A stretch of 63,574 nt of DNA from positions 1 to 63,574 of the IMG/VR virus record IMGVR_UViG_3300048672_000387. One strand, written 5' to 3'. The DNA is from a virus. Lineage: Duplodnaviria > Caudoviricetes. The position numbers and the translations under genes are program-made. The notes beneath the pieces were generated by a model. That model had not been told where the DNA came from. It worked only from the letters and a program-made list of their open reading frames with translations, and did not search any database. Below, piece after piece: positions 51,775-59,669 of this stretch. The stretch's first letter is position 1. Each line of letters begins with the position of its first letter.

Positions 51775-52233
51775 TTATATTCTTTTTCCATTATAAAAAG
51801 TATTTACGTTTATAAAGTAATTACTTGAGCCTACTTTTCTATAAAGTATTTTTTTATTTAGCAATTCTATTATACCATTATAAACATTTACTTTACTTTT
51901 ATACCCGGTAAATTCTAAACAATCTGATAATACAATTGTTATATCATCTTTTTTAACTCCAATATTTTTAAGTACATAACATAATACTTTAAGTCCAGAA
52001 GTAGATAAATCTTTAATTGTATCTAATTCATCTACATATAATTTTCTATATTCTTTAGAATCTATAACATTAACTATTTCATCACCAATTTTTTGCCATT
52101 TAGTTAATTCACCATCTTTAGTAATAAATTCATTTACTTCACCTTTTTTTACAAAGTGAAGTTTTTTTAAATCTTTATCTAAAACTTTAGACGGATTGGT
52201 ATAATAAGACTCAAAGTCATTTATCTTTTTCAT
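51775..52233 (-). CDS. RepL-like winged-helix protein
   Basis: LSTSGLKVLCYVL..TGYKSKVNVYNGIIELL..YFINVNTFYNG pattern. Confidence 0.7.
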   Translation of the reverse strand: MKKINDFESYYTNPSKVLDKDLKKLHFVKKGEVNEFITKDGELTKWQKIGDEIVNVIDSKEYRKLYVDELDTIKDLSTSGLKVLCYVLKNIGVKKDDITIVLSDCLEFTGYKSKVNVYNGIIELLNKKILYRKVGSSNYFINVNTFYNGKRI

Positions 52234-52241
52234 TACAGGTA

Positions 52242-52249
52242 CAAAGATA
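52242..52249 (-). promoter_or_regulatory. Bacteroidetes -7 promoter element
   Basis: TATCTTTG upstream of ATG 52233. Confidence 0.6.
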
Positions 52250-52736
52250 TGTTACTATAGTAATTAAAACAAGTACTTGTTCAATATAATGAACTAATTT
52301 TACACTATTTTAGCTAATGTATTGATAATCAATAAAAATATTTTTAAAAGTAATTGAATTATGAACTTTTAGTATTTAAATCAATTACTAACCTATCAAT
52401 GTTTATTGGGCTTGGCAGCATTTGCTTCTTAGATATATTAGAAAAAAGAATAACAATTTATAATTTAATAATTTTTTTTTGAAATTTTTTTAAATACCTA
52501 TTTTATTTTAACAGATGAAAATTTTAAAATTAGCCCCTTATTCATTTTTTAATTTTAAATTTTATAGCGTAAATGTCTGAGAATGAGTTTTTTGGAAAAT
52601 TTTTTATATGATAAATGTATATGCTTGAGTCACCCCAAATAAAACCCCTCTAGGTTCTGCTCCGCAGCTTGGTACCGTATGGTCTTGCTGTGTTAAATTT
52701 AATTATTCACACACTTAAAAACAAAAACTTAAAAAA
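52250..52736. other. Divergent non-coding strand-switch region (candidate genome end/origin)
   Basis: About 490 bp without ORFs; coding strand flips; GC-rich patch at ~52626-52692. Confidence 0.5.
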
Positions 52737-53033
52737 ATGTTAGTAGAAAATAACAAAAAAGAAGGCGTAAAAAGTTTATTTATTAATTCACCTTCAAAGG
52801 GTATTGAAAATGGCAATTATTCAGCCAAAATTGTAGGTAGTTCAATAGACTATATACAAATTAAGGTAGATTTACAAATTGCACAAATTAAAGTGCAAAT
52901 TGATAATTTCCCTGCTTTTATGGCTTCAATTGTCAATACTTCAATTGATGAAATTAAACAGCTAGAAACTGGAGGGTTTGTAAAATTAACAATTAGTGAA
53001 AATACTAAAGGTTACAAACAAGCAAGTATTTAA
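52737..53033 (+). CDS. Hypothetical protein (first gene of the + strand region)
   Basis: A-rich start region; followed by a terminator. Confidence 0.65.
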   Translation: MLVENNKKEGVKSLFINSPSKGIENGNYSAKIVGSSIDYIQIKVDLQIAQIKVQIDNFPAFMASIVNTSIDEIKQLETGGFVKLTISENTKGYKQASI

Positions 53034-53035
53034 TT

Positions 53036-53060
53036 AATAGGGAGAAATCCCTATTTTTTT
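53036..53060 (+). terminator. Intrinsic terminator (GAAA loop)
   Basis: AATAGGGA-GAAA-TCCCTATT followed by a T run. Confidence 0.85.
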
Positions 53061-53362
53061 AATCTATTTTATGTGACTTGGAATTAAAACAAAAATAATG
53101 TGAAGTGGATGTCCGATTAATAATTATACCTAATTAATTTTAATTAGGTATTTTATTAATTTTTATCTACAATTTTACTTTACATTTTATATCGTAAGTT
53201 GTTGATAATGAACGTGTGGGAGGGACTGGAATCAGTCAAACGTATTAACAGTCAGTTAGAAATAGCTGACTTTAATACTAGTTTTTATATCACACTCTCT
53301 CAATTAACTCATTCAATTTAACACATCATTTTAACCAATTAAAAATACTAATAAATACAATT

Positions 53363-53527
53363 ATGAAAACAGTTATTTATAACATTCAAACTAATGAAAT
53401 TATTAACATTACAGAAGATAATGTTGATTTTTCTAAATTACCAAACAATCAAGATGGTTGTCCTATATCATTTTTTGAACAAACTGATGATGGTAAAAAA
53501 CATTTAGCTAATTATTATAATAATTAA
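53363..53527 (+). CDS. Hypothetical 54-aa protein (absent from the ORF track)
   Basis: MKTVIYNIQTNEIINITEDNVDFSKLP...; A-rich start region. Confidence 0.55.
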   Translation: MKTVIYNIQTNEIINITEDNVDFSKLPNNQDGCPISFFEQTDDGKKHLANYYNN

Positions 53528-53543
53528 ATAAAACATTAATCAT

Positions 53544-53831
53544 ATTAACTGTACAGTTGTAATAGTGACGGATTATGATAGGGAAATTAATGCACACCGA
53601 ATTACTGTGCAGCTATTACAATTTGTACAGTTAATTTAAAATATTAAACTTTATCCAATTTATTGGTGTGATTGTAAAGTTTAATTAAATGTAGTGTTAT
53701 TGTTTGCAATAAAAGAGCAACAGCCTACATTTTAACAAATCTATGTATAACAGGTTGGCATAGCAACAAAACAAAAGTAATATGTTTAGTGGTCACATTA
53801 GTGTAAGATAATTTCACAAACTAAAAAACAC
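53544..53831 (+). ncRNA. Tandem array of stem-loops (putative structured RNAs)
   Basis: Stems at 53544-53635 (~22 bp), 53643-53685, 53687-53732, 53741-53763 and 53785-53825. Confidence 0.55.
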
Positions 53832-53839
53832 TTTTAAAT

Positions 53840-53926
53840 GGAGAAATGAGTTATAAATGGCGTAATGGTTATGTCAACCAAGTTAAAACTGGTTACTAAG
53901 TATAGGTTCGAATCCTGTTTTCTCCA
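53840..53926 (+). tRNA. Atypical tRNA-like element (possible TAA/Leu anticodon)
   Basis: Acceptor GGAGAAA/TTTCTCC and T-arm ATAGG-TTCGAAT-CCTGT are intact. About 10 extra nt precede the D-arm and the anticodon arm is irregular. Confidence 0.6.
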
Positions 53927-53960
53927 CAAACAATTAAATTAACAATTAAACAATAATATT

Positions 53961-54089
53961 ATGAAACCTAACTTATTAGAAAAATCTTTATTTATAGCTT
54001 TAACAGTAGGAGGAATATTAATATTATTTATAATATTTGATATTTTATCATTAACTGTAGCTTATTTATTAACTGAATTATTTAAATAA
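53961..54089 (+). CDS. Small membrane protein, 42 aa (absent from the ORF track)
   Basis: MKPNLLEKSLFIALTVGGILILFIIFDILSLTVAYLLTELFK. Confidence 0.5.
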   Translation: MKPNLLEKSLFIALTVGGILILFIIFDILSLTVAYLLTELFK

Positions 54090-54097
54090 AAACACAC

Positions 54098-54325
54098 ATG
54101 AAATACATTTTTAAAATAGCTGAAATAGCTACTGAACCAGAAAAAGCAATTGAATTAGTAAATGAAATTAATACAATTTGTAATTCTAATTCTAAATTAA
54201 GAAATACTGTTTATAAATCTAATGATGAATTTTTATTTGTTGCAGATGCTTGTTTAAAAGCTATTGAAAAACATAAAGAAATAAACAATCCTAATTTATC
54301 AATTATTATTGAACCAATAATTTAA
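54098..54325 (+). CDS. Hypothetical protein
   Basis: AAAACACAC-ATG start context. Confidence 0.65.
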   Translation: MKYIFKIAEIATEPEKAIELVNEINTICNSNSKLRNTVYKSNDEFLFVADACLKAIEKHKEINNPNLSIIIEPII

Positions 54326-54332
54326 AACACAC

Positions 54333-54500
54333 ATGAAAACAATCACATTAACACCAGCAGAATACATAGAATTTTGCTTGTACTACAACAATTTACCTTG
54401 GAAAAATGCTAACATGCAAGTTCAAACTACATTTCTTAAAGGTAAAGTAGAAATTACAGGTAATGAAGAATTTTTAACTAGAATGGGGTACATTGAATGA
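54333..54500 (+). CDS. Hypothetical 55-aa protein (absent from the ORF track)
   Basis: MKTITLTPAEYIEFCLYY...; same AAAACACAC-ATG context; stop overlaps the HNH start. Confidence 0.6.
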   Translation: MKTITLTPAEYIEFCLYYNNLPWKNANMQVQTTFLKGKVEITGNEEFLTRMGYIE

Positions 54501-55018
54501 GCTATTTAAATTTAAATATTGAAAATATTGAGGGTGAAATATGGAAACAATTACAAAACCCTCAATATTTTATTAGTAATAAAGGAAGACTTAAAAGTCA
54601 TTTTTTAACAAAAGATAAAATTTTAAAACAATTTATTAATAAAAAAGGATATTGTACTTATGTAATTAAAAATGTAAATACTATATTAATTCATAGATTA
54701 GTTGCTTTATATTTTATTTCTAATCCTAATAATTATCCTCAAGTAAATCATATTGATGGAAATAAAGATAATAATAAATGGAATAATTTAGAATGGTGTA
54801 CTAATCAAGAAAACCAAAATCATTCTAAATATATTTTAAAATCTATAAAAAAAGGAAAATCAATATTACAATTTACAAAAAATAACATTTTAATAAAAAA
54901 ATATATAAGTATTAGTCAAGCAAGTAAAGAAACAAAAATTAATACAAGTAATATTAACAGTTGTTGTAAAGGTAAACTTAAAACTGCTGGAAAATTTAAA
55001 TGGAAATATGAAAATTAA
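54497..55018 (+). CDS. NUMOD4-HNH-NUMOD1 homing endonuclease
   Basis: EIWK..YFISNKGR, IHRLVA, VNHIDGNKDNN..NLEWCT..EN, SISQASK..CCKGK..TAGKFKW. Confidence 0.92.
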   Translation: MSYLNLNIENIEGEIWKQLQNPQYFISNKGRLKSHFLTKDKILKQFINKKGYCTYVIKNVNTILIHRLVALYFISNPNNYPQVNHIDGNKDNNKWNNLEWCTNQENQNHSKYILKSIKKGKSILQFTKNNILIKKYISISQASKETKINTSNINSCCKGKLKTAGKFKWKYEN

Positions 55019-55032
55019 TTATAAATAAAAAC

Positions 55033-55314
55033 ATGGCTCAAATATCATTATTTGGTATTAAAACAGTGAATTTAAATGGATTTAAAGTTTATACTTTAAA
55101 AGTTAGAGTTAAACAAAATCCATTTAATTCACAATTAATTACTAAACATTCTAAATCATTATCAGTCAAATACTTACCTAATAGTATAGAATTAACATAC
55201 ACAACAATGGATAAATTAATATTTAAACAAGCTGTTGATGTAACTAATTTTATATTAAAAGAAATAGCATTAAATAATGTTAATGATAAATATCAAAAGA
55301 TTATTTTTTATTAA
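55033..55314 (+). CDS. Hypothetical protein
   Basis: ORF with A-rich start region. Confidence 0.6.
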   Translation: MAQISLFGIKTVNLNGFKVYTLKVRVKQNPFNSQLITKHSKSLSVKYLPNSIELTYTTMDKLIFKQAVDVTNFILKEIALNNVNDKYQKIIFY

Positions 55315-55351
55315 CTTATGGAATTTAAACATTTAAAAACAAAATAAAATT

Positions 55352-55615
55352 ATGCAATCAACAATTAAAACAACTTACACAGCTCAAGAAAAAGCTACTG
55401 CTGCTATTAGAAATGAAGCAATGCACAAAGAAATTAACTTAAATAAAGTTAATATTGATCATTCAGTATTTATTAAATCTGTTGCTGAAAAAATAGCAAT
55501 TAAAAAAGCTAAAATATCAGCTAAAATTCAAAATACAGTATTAAGAAATGAATTTATTAGAGAATTAATTAATTCAAGTCCTAATTTTGGCTCACTTAAA
55601 TTTACCGTAAACTAA
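55352..55615 (+). CDS. Hypothetical protein
   Basis: ORF with A-rich start region. Confidence 0.6.
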   Translation: MQSTIKTTYTAQEKATAAIRNEAMHKEINLNKVNIDHSVFIKSVAEKIAIKKAKISAKIQNTVLRNEFIRELINSSPNFGSLKFTVN

Positions 55616-55876
55616 ATGACAAAACTAAGTAAAATATTAACTATTTGGTATGTATTATCAATGTTATTGTTTTTGTTTTTACAATCAAGAACTGGTGTAG
55701 ATTATGATTATATATTAAATCAAAATATTTATTACATAGAATTTTATTATGTAAAAATATGGATGATGTTTATGTATATTATATCAGCTATATATTTATT
55801 ACATTGGTTATTGTTATTAGCTGGTAAAACACTAAAAAAACAAACAACTTTTGAAAATCATTTATCAAAATATTGA
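55616..55876 (+). CDS. Two-TM membrane protein
   Basis: Two hydrophobic segments. Confidence 0.55.
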   Translation: MTKLSKILTIWYVLSMLLFLFLQSRTGVDYDYILNQNIYYIEFYYVKIWMMFMYIISAIYLLHWLLLLAGKTLKKQTTFENHLSKY

Positions 55877-56075
55877 ACCTTGAACCTATTATACTTTAAG
55901 TTTATTAATTATCCGTAATTATTAAATTGTATGATAGACGCGGAAAGAGTACATCAGATACATTCTAGAACGTAATTCTGATTAGCTGTATTAAATGATG
56001 AATGTTATTACAAATACACTAAGCTAAAGTCGTGTGTAGTCTTTGTTACCTAGACTTAAATATAATGGTAAGGTT
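55876..56075 (+). ncRNA. ~200-nt structured RNA closed by a ~25-bp bulged stem
   Basis: AACCTT(GA)ACC(T)ATTATA(C)TTTAAGTTTA pairs with TAGACTTAAATATAATGGTAAGGTT; internal stems present. Confidence 0.6.
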
Positions 56076-56144
56076 TCGGGAATAGCTTAACGGTAAAGCA
56101 GCAAGGGCTAACTTGCAGATTAGGGTTCAAATCCCGTTGTCGAA
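56076..56144 (+). tRNA. Degenerate tRNA-like element with a 6-nt anticodon loop (GGCTAA)
   Basis: D-arm GCTT-AACGGTA-AAGC, anticodon stem GCAAG/CTTGC, T-loop TTCAAAT; mismatches in the acceptor and T stems. Confidence 0.6.
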
Positions 56145-56212
56145 CAACTTCGACATCTAAAAGAAGTAAAAAAGTTATACTAATCAAATTCTTTAAAAAT
56201 TAGATTATTTAT

Positions 56213-56648
56213 GGGGCATAACGGTATTGATTCGAGAGTTCAGCCTTATTACAATCAACACAAGGAAGATGCTATACTTGTAAATGTGTATCAAACAACA
56301 AACGACAAAATCTCTAATGAAAGCAGAGCTTTCGCAGAAGGTGTAGAAGCTAGAATTATCTCATTGTTTAACAATGAAGTAGAATTAGCAGCGTAGTAAG
56401 TTTAAAAGAAATAATAGAAAAGTAGGTTGGGAAGTAACCATCTTCTAAGGAGTAGCTGAAATAGTGCTTTTAGTGTAACAACACATCTGTTATTTTAAAA
56501 TCAACGAATCCTAACGTTAATAATTGGAGGTGGTAAATGACCGTAACTGGTCAATCCCTACTACTCAGTAGTAATACAGAGTGAATTGTTGTAGAGAATT
56601 TGTAATATAGCATCTAGGAAGACATGGGTTCGACTCCCATATGCTCCA
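56213..56648 (+). ncRNA. ssrA: tmRNA (phage-encoded)
   Basis: 5' GGGGCAT pairs with 3' ATGCTCC-A, giving the G3.U70 Ala determinant. T-arm ATGGG-TTCGACT-CCCAT. Internal tag ORF ends ELAA-stop. Confidence 0.92.
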
Positions 56649-56753
56649 CAATTGATTGATAATCAATGAACTGTCCTTTATCAGTATAAAAGATGAAAGA
56701 GAAAGTGCCATCTAAAAGAGCACGTTTAAAAAAACATAAATAACATAAATAAC

Positions 56754-57182
56754 ATGACAAATTTAAAATTAGTATCAATTACAGAACCTAAAACAGAAAA
56801 AGAAAGATCAGATTCAAAAGTAAGCAGAATGTATTATACAGCTACTTTTAGTAATCCATTAAATCCATTTAGTAAAACAGTATCAAGAACATTTTGGCAA
56901 CAACATAATGCTGATGGTACACAAGCTACTTGGAAAGGTGCTGATCCTGTACAAGTTAGACCTTTTGTTGGTAAATTAATACCAGGTCAAATTGTTGCTG
57001 CAAATGTTGAACCTTATGAAATTGATGGTAGCACAGGTAGAATGGCTACAACATTTACATCAGTTGTATTAGATGGTGAAATTGCTGAACAAGTATTTAA
57101 AGCATCAGGTAAAATCATTGTTAAAGCTGCTAATTTAGCTATTGCTGAACAACCGGCTGTAGCTGAAAATGTACCATTTTAA
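56754..57182 (+). CDS. Putative ssDNA-binding/OB-fold protein
   Basis: Beta-rich body with a flexible tail ending ENVPF, like SSB C-tails. Confidence 0.45.
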   Translation: MTNLKLVSITEPKTEKERSDSKVSRMYYTATFSNPLNPFSKTVSRTFWQQHNADGTQATWKGADPVQVRPFVGKLIPGQIVAANVEPYEIDGSTGRMATTFTSVVLDGEIAEQVFKASGKIIVKAANLAIAEQPAVAENVPF

Positions 57183-57197
57183 TTAATTTAATTTTAG

Positions 57198-57227
57198 AGA
57201 GTAGGTAGAAATATCTACTCTTTTTTT
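57198..57227 (+). terminator. Intrinsic terminator (GAAA loop)
   Basis: AGAGTAGGTA-GAAA-TATCTACTCT followed by a T run. Confidence 0.85.
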
Positions 57228-57252
57228 ACACACTAAACACAAACAAAATATT

Positions 57253-57495
57253 ATGATAAATCAACCAATTAGAAAATCATTAGATGAAAATGGAAATAAA
57301 GTTTATACAGGCGATGTTACATCTCAATTTCCTAATAGAGCATTAAGAAGAAATATTCTTCAAAAAAGTACAAGAAATTTAATGTTTGGAAAAGATCCAC
57401 ATATTTGGCATATACAAAAAGTTTTTAATAAAAAACAACAAAAAACAATTCAAATATTACATTTAACAAAACCTATTTTAGGTATTAATTATTAA
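57253..57495 (+). CDS. Hypothetical basic protein
   Basis: ORF containing an NRALRR motif. Confidence 0.6.
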   Translation: MINQPIRKSLDENGNKVYTGDVTSQFPNRALRRNILQKSTRNLMFGKDPHIWHIQKVFNKKQQKTIQILHLTKPILGINY

Positions 57496-57522
57496 TTTTA
57501 AATAGGTAGAAATACCTATTAT

Positions 57523-57598
57523 GGATAAGAGGGATGAATGATTTTAACGCTTTCTAACATCTGGTGGTACTACGGCAGTTCGAATCTGTCCTTATCCA
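57523..57598 (+). tRNA. tRNA-like element lacking canonical D and anticodon arms
   Basis: Acceptor GGATAAG/CTTATCC-A and T-arm GGCAG-TTCGAAT-CTGTC are intact; 76 nt; the middle folds as GGATG/CATCT with a large loop. Confidence 0.55.
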
Positions 57599-57644
57599 CA
57601 TTATCTAACTGTATTTAGGTCGTGTAATGTGTGTGTTTTGTTCA

Positions 57645-57674
57645 TATAAAAGAGAGATACAGCTCTCTTTTATA
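57645..57674 (+). terminator. Terminator-like hairpin
   Basis: TATAAAAGAGAG-atacag-CTCTCTTTTATA. Confidence 0.7.
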
Positions 57675-57685
57675 ATAATAAAAAA

Positions 57686-57835
57686 ATGAATATATTAAAT
57701 AGAAATCAAACAATAAAAAAAATTAAAAATAAAAAATGGTGGTATAACTATTTTAAAACTCGAAAATTTGGAATATCAGTTAGACCAGAAAATTATTATT
57801 TTGGTATATTTTCAAAAAAATTAAATAAAAAATAA
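57686..57835 (+). CDS. Hypothetical basic 49-aa protein (absent from the ORF track)
   Basis: MNILNRNQTIKKIKNKKWWYNYFK...; fills the gap before 57840. Confidence 0.4.
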   Translation: MNILNRNQTIKKIKNKKWWYNYFKTRKFGISVRPENYYFGIFSKKLNKK

Positions 57836-57839
57836 ACTT

Positions 57840-58235
57840 ATGAAAACATATAAAGATGTTTATCAATTTCCATTACATTTAACAAATACTTGGATTTTTG
57901 ATAATAAAAATCAATTTGTAGCTCAATTTGAAAGACAATATGATAATAAAGGAAATTATGATAATTTATGGATGGAATTTGAATTTAAAATATTAAATTG
58001 TTTAAATGGAGTTGGAAAACATCCGTATTTAATTGATTCTGTATTTGAATATGATGTAAATAATCAACATATATATTTAAACGATGGAGAAACTAAAACT
58101 CTTATTATAACAATTAGAGGATTTGGTAATTTAGCTGGACAAAGAGGACATAATCTTTCAAATAAAGAAGCAGCTAATATTCAAGATACATTTGCTGAAT
58201 TTATAGTTAATAAATTAAATAATAAAAAAACATGA
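57840..58235 (+). CDS. Hypothetical phage protein
   Basis: IRGFGNLAG..EAANIQDTFAEFIV pattern. Confidence 0.65.
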   Translation: MKTYKDVYQFPLHLTNTWIFDNKNQFVAQFERQYDNKGNYDNLWMEFEFKILNCLNGVGKHPYLIDSVFEYDVNNQHIYLNDGETKTLIITIRGFGNLAGQRGHNLSNKEAANIQDTFAEFIVNKLNNKKT

Positions 58236-59662
58236 CAGAATTTAAACCAATAGCAATGCGTTGCAATCAACAGCAATATGCTGAAATAAAACAAATATTA
58301 ATAGATAATGGATTTAAATGTAGTTTAGACGGTACTTTTACAGAATACCCTTATTTAACTAATAATTATGATGGTAGTAAAAACAATATATGTAATTGTT
58401 TTTCTGAAAATAAAACAAATTTTAATAGAACAGTATTTGAAACATGGAATAAAGATATATTTTTAGAATATTGTGGTATTACAAATAAAAAACCAGAATT
58501 AATAGAATTACCTAATACATGGTATGTACAATTAACAGAAGATAATTTTGATATTGTTAAAAATTGGCATGAATCATTAAAACAAGGTATAATGTATCAT
58601 ATTGGAAGTTATTATGGTATGTGTAATAATAAACCAGATGCTTGGGGAAAAGAATATTTACCTAATAATACTAATGTAATTACAACTGAACAATTTAAAA
58701 AATGGGTATTAAAAGAATCTAAACCTGAATTTATTGTTGGTAAATGGTATAAATATAATGGTTGTTATATTAAACTTAAATGTATAAAAAATGGTTCATT
58801 TTTAGCTTCTGACGATATTGTTTACTCAAGATATGATGGTAAAGGAGGATATTATGGTCAAATAGATGGTTTTAAAAAAGAATATATATTATTAACAGAT
58901 TTATCAGAAATTCAACAATATTTACCTGATGGACATGTTGATAAGCAAAATAATACTTTAAATATGTATAAAATATTAGAAGAAGCTAAATTAAAATATC
59001 CTATAGGTACAAAATTTAAACCTATTAGAAGTACTGGTGAAATTTCTGATAATATTATATTACAAGAAAAAGAATGTTATTTATATAAAGATAATGAAAA
59101 TTATGAATGGGTTATAGGTTCTGATAATATTTATAATCCTGTAATAAATAAATGGGCTGAAATAATAGAATCACCTAAAACAAATACTAAATGGAAACCA
59201 CAAATAGGAGATTATGTAATTACTAAAGGTTATACAAAAGATTATGATGGTAGAATTTTAAAAATTACTAGAATAGATGGTGAATTTTATTGGTTTGATA
59301 TAACTGATAATGGCTATCATCAACCTAATGCTAATTTTGGAAAATACCATATTTTAAGAAAAGCTGAAGCACATGAAATTCCTAAAACTGAATCTTTATT
59401 AGAAAAAGTATTACATTTTACACCTGATCCTTTTCTTAGTTTACAAGGAATAGGTTATGAAACATCATTTTTTGATTCATTACCTAATAAATCATCAAAA
59501 TTAGAACAAAAAAGACAAGAAGTTTTAAATAAATTTATGTCAACATCTACAGGATTACAATTTTTAGATGAATTTGATGATAAATACCCTATAGAAACAA
59601 ATCAACCAACAACAAATAATAAACAATCAATTAATCAATTATTAAAAGTCAAATTAAATTAA
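58232..59662 (+). CDS. Multi-module protein built from ~5 small domains
   Basis: Internal modules resemble the stand-alone ORFs at 60165 and 61009. Confidence 0.7.
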   Translation: MTEFKPIAMRCNQQQYAEIKQILIDNGFKCSLDGTFTEYPYLTNNYDGSKNNICNCFSENKTNFNRTVFETWNKDIFLEYCGITNKKPELIELPNTWYVQLTEDNFDIVKNWHESLKQGIMYHIGSYYGMCNNKPDAWGKEYLPNNTNVITTEQFKKWVLKESKPEFIVGKWYKYNGCYIKLKCIKNGSFLASDDIVYSRYDGKGGYYGQIDGFKKEYILLTDLSEIQQYLPDGHVDKQNNTLNMYKILEEAKLKYPIGTKFKPIRSTGEISDNIILQEKECYLYKDNENYEWVIGSDNIYNPVINKWAEIIESPKTNTKWKPQIGDYVITKGYTKDYDGRILKITRIDGEFYWFDITDNGYHQPNANFGKYHILRKAEAHEIPKTESLLEKVLHFTPDPFLSLQGIGYETSFFDSLPNKSSKLEQKRQEVLNKFMSTSTGLQFLDEFDDKYPIETNQPTTNNKQSINQLLKVKLN

Positions 59663-59669
59663 AAACAAA

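Noticed and set aside
56076-56144. Amber suppressor tRNA / stop-codon reassignment (CTA in the loop)
   Set aside because: The loop is only 6 nt and lacks U33. Genes are intact under the standard code, and TAG is used as a real stop (e.g. 61690).
56211-56396. 61-aa ORF MGHNGIDS...ELAA as a protein gene
   Set aside because: It overlaps the tmRNA 5' domain; only its 3' half is meaningful, as the tmRNA tag frame.
53544-57674. Hammerhead, twister or HDV-like (theta) ribozymes next to the tRNA-like elements
   Set aside because: No CUGAnGA/GAAA, twister or HDV core could be matched by eye; a covariance-model search is needed.
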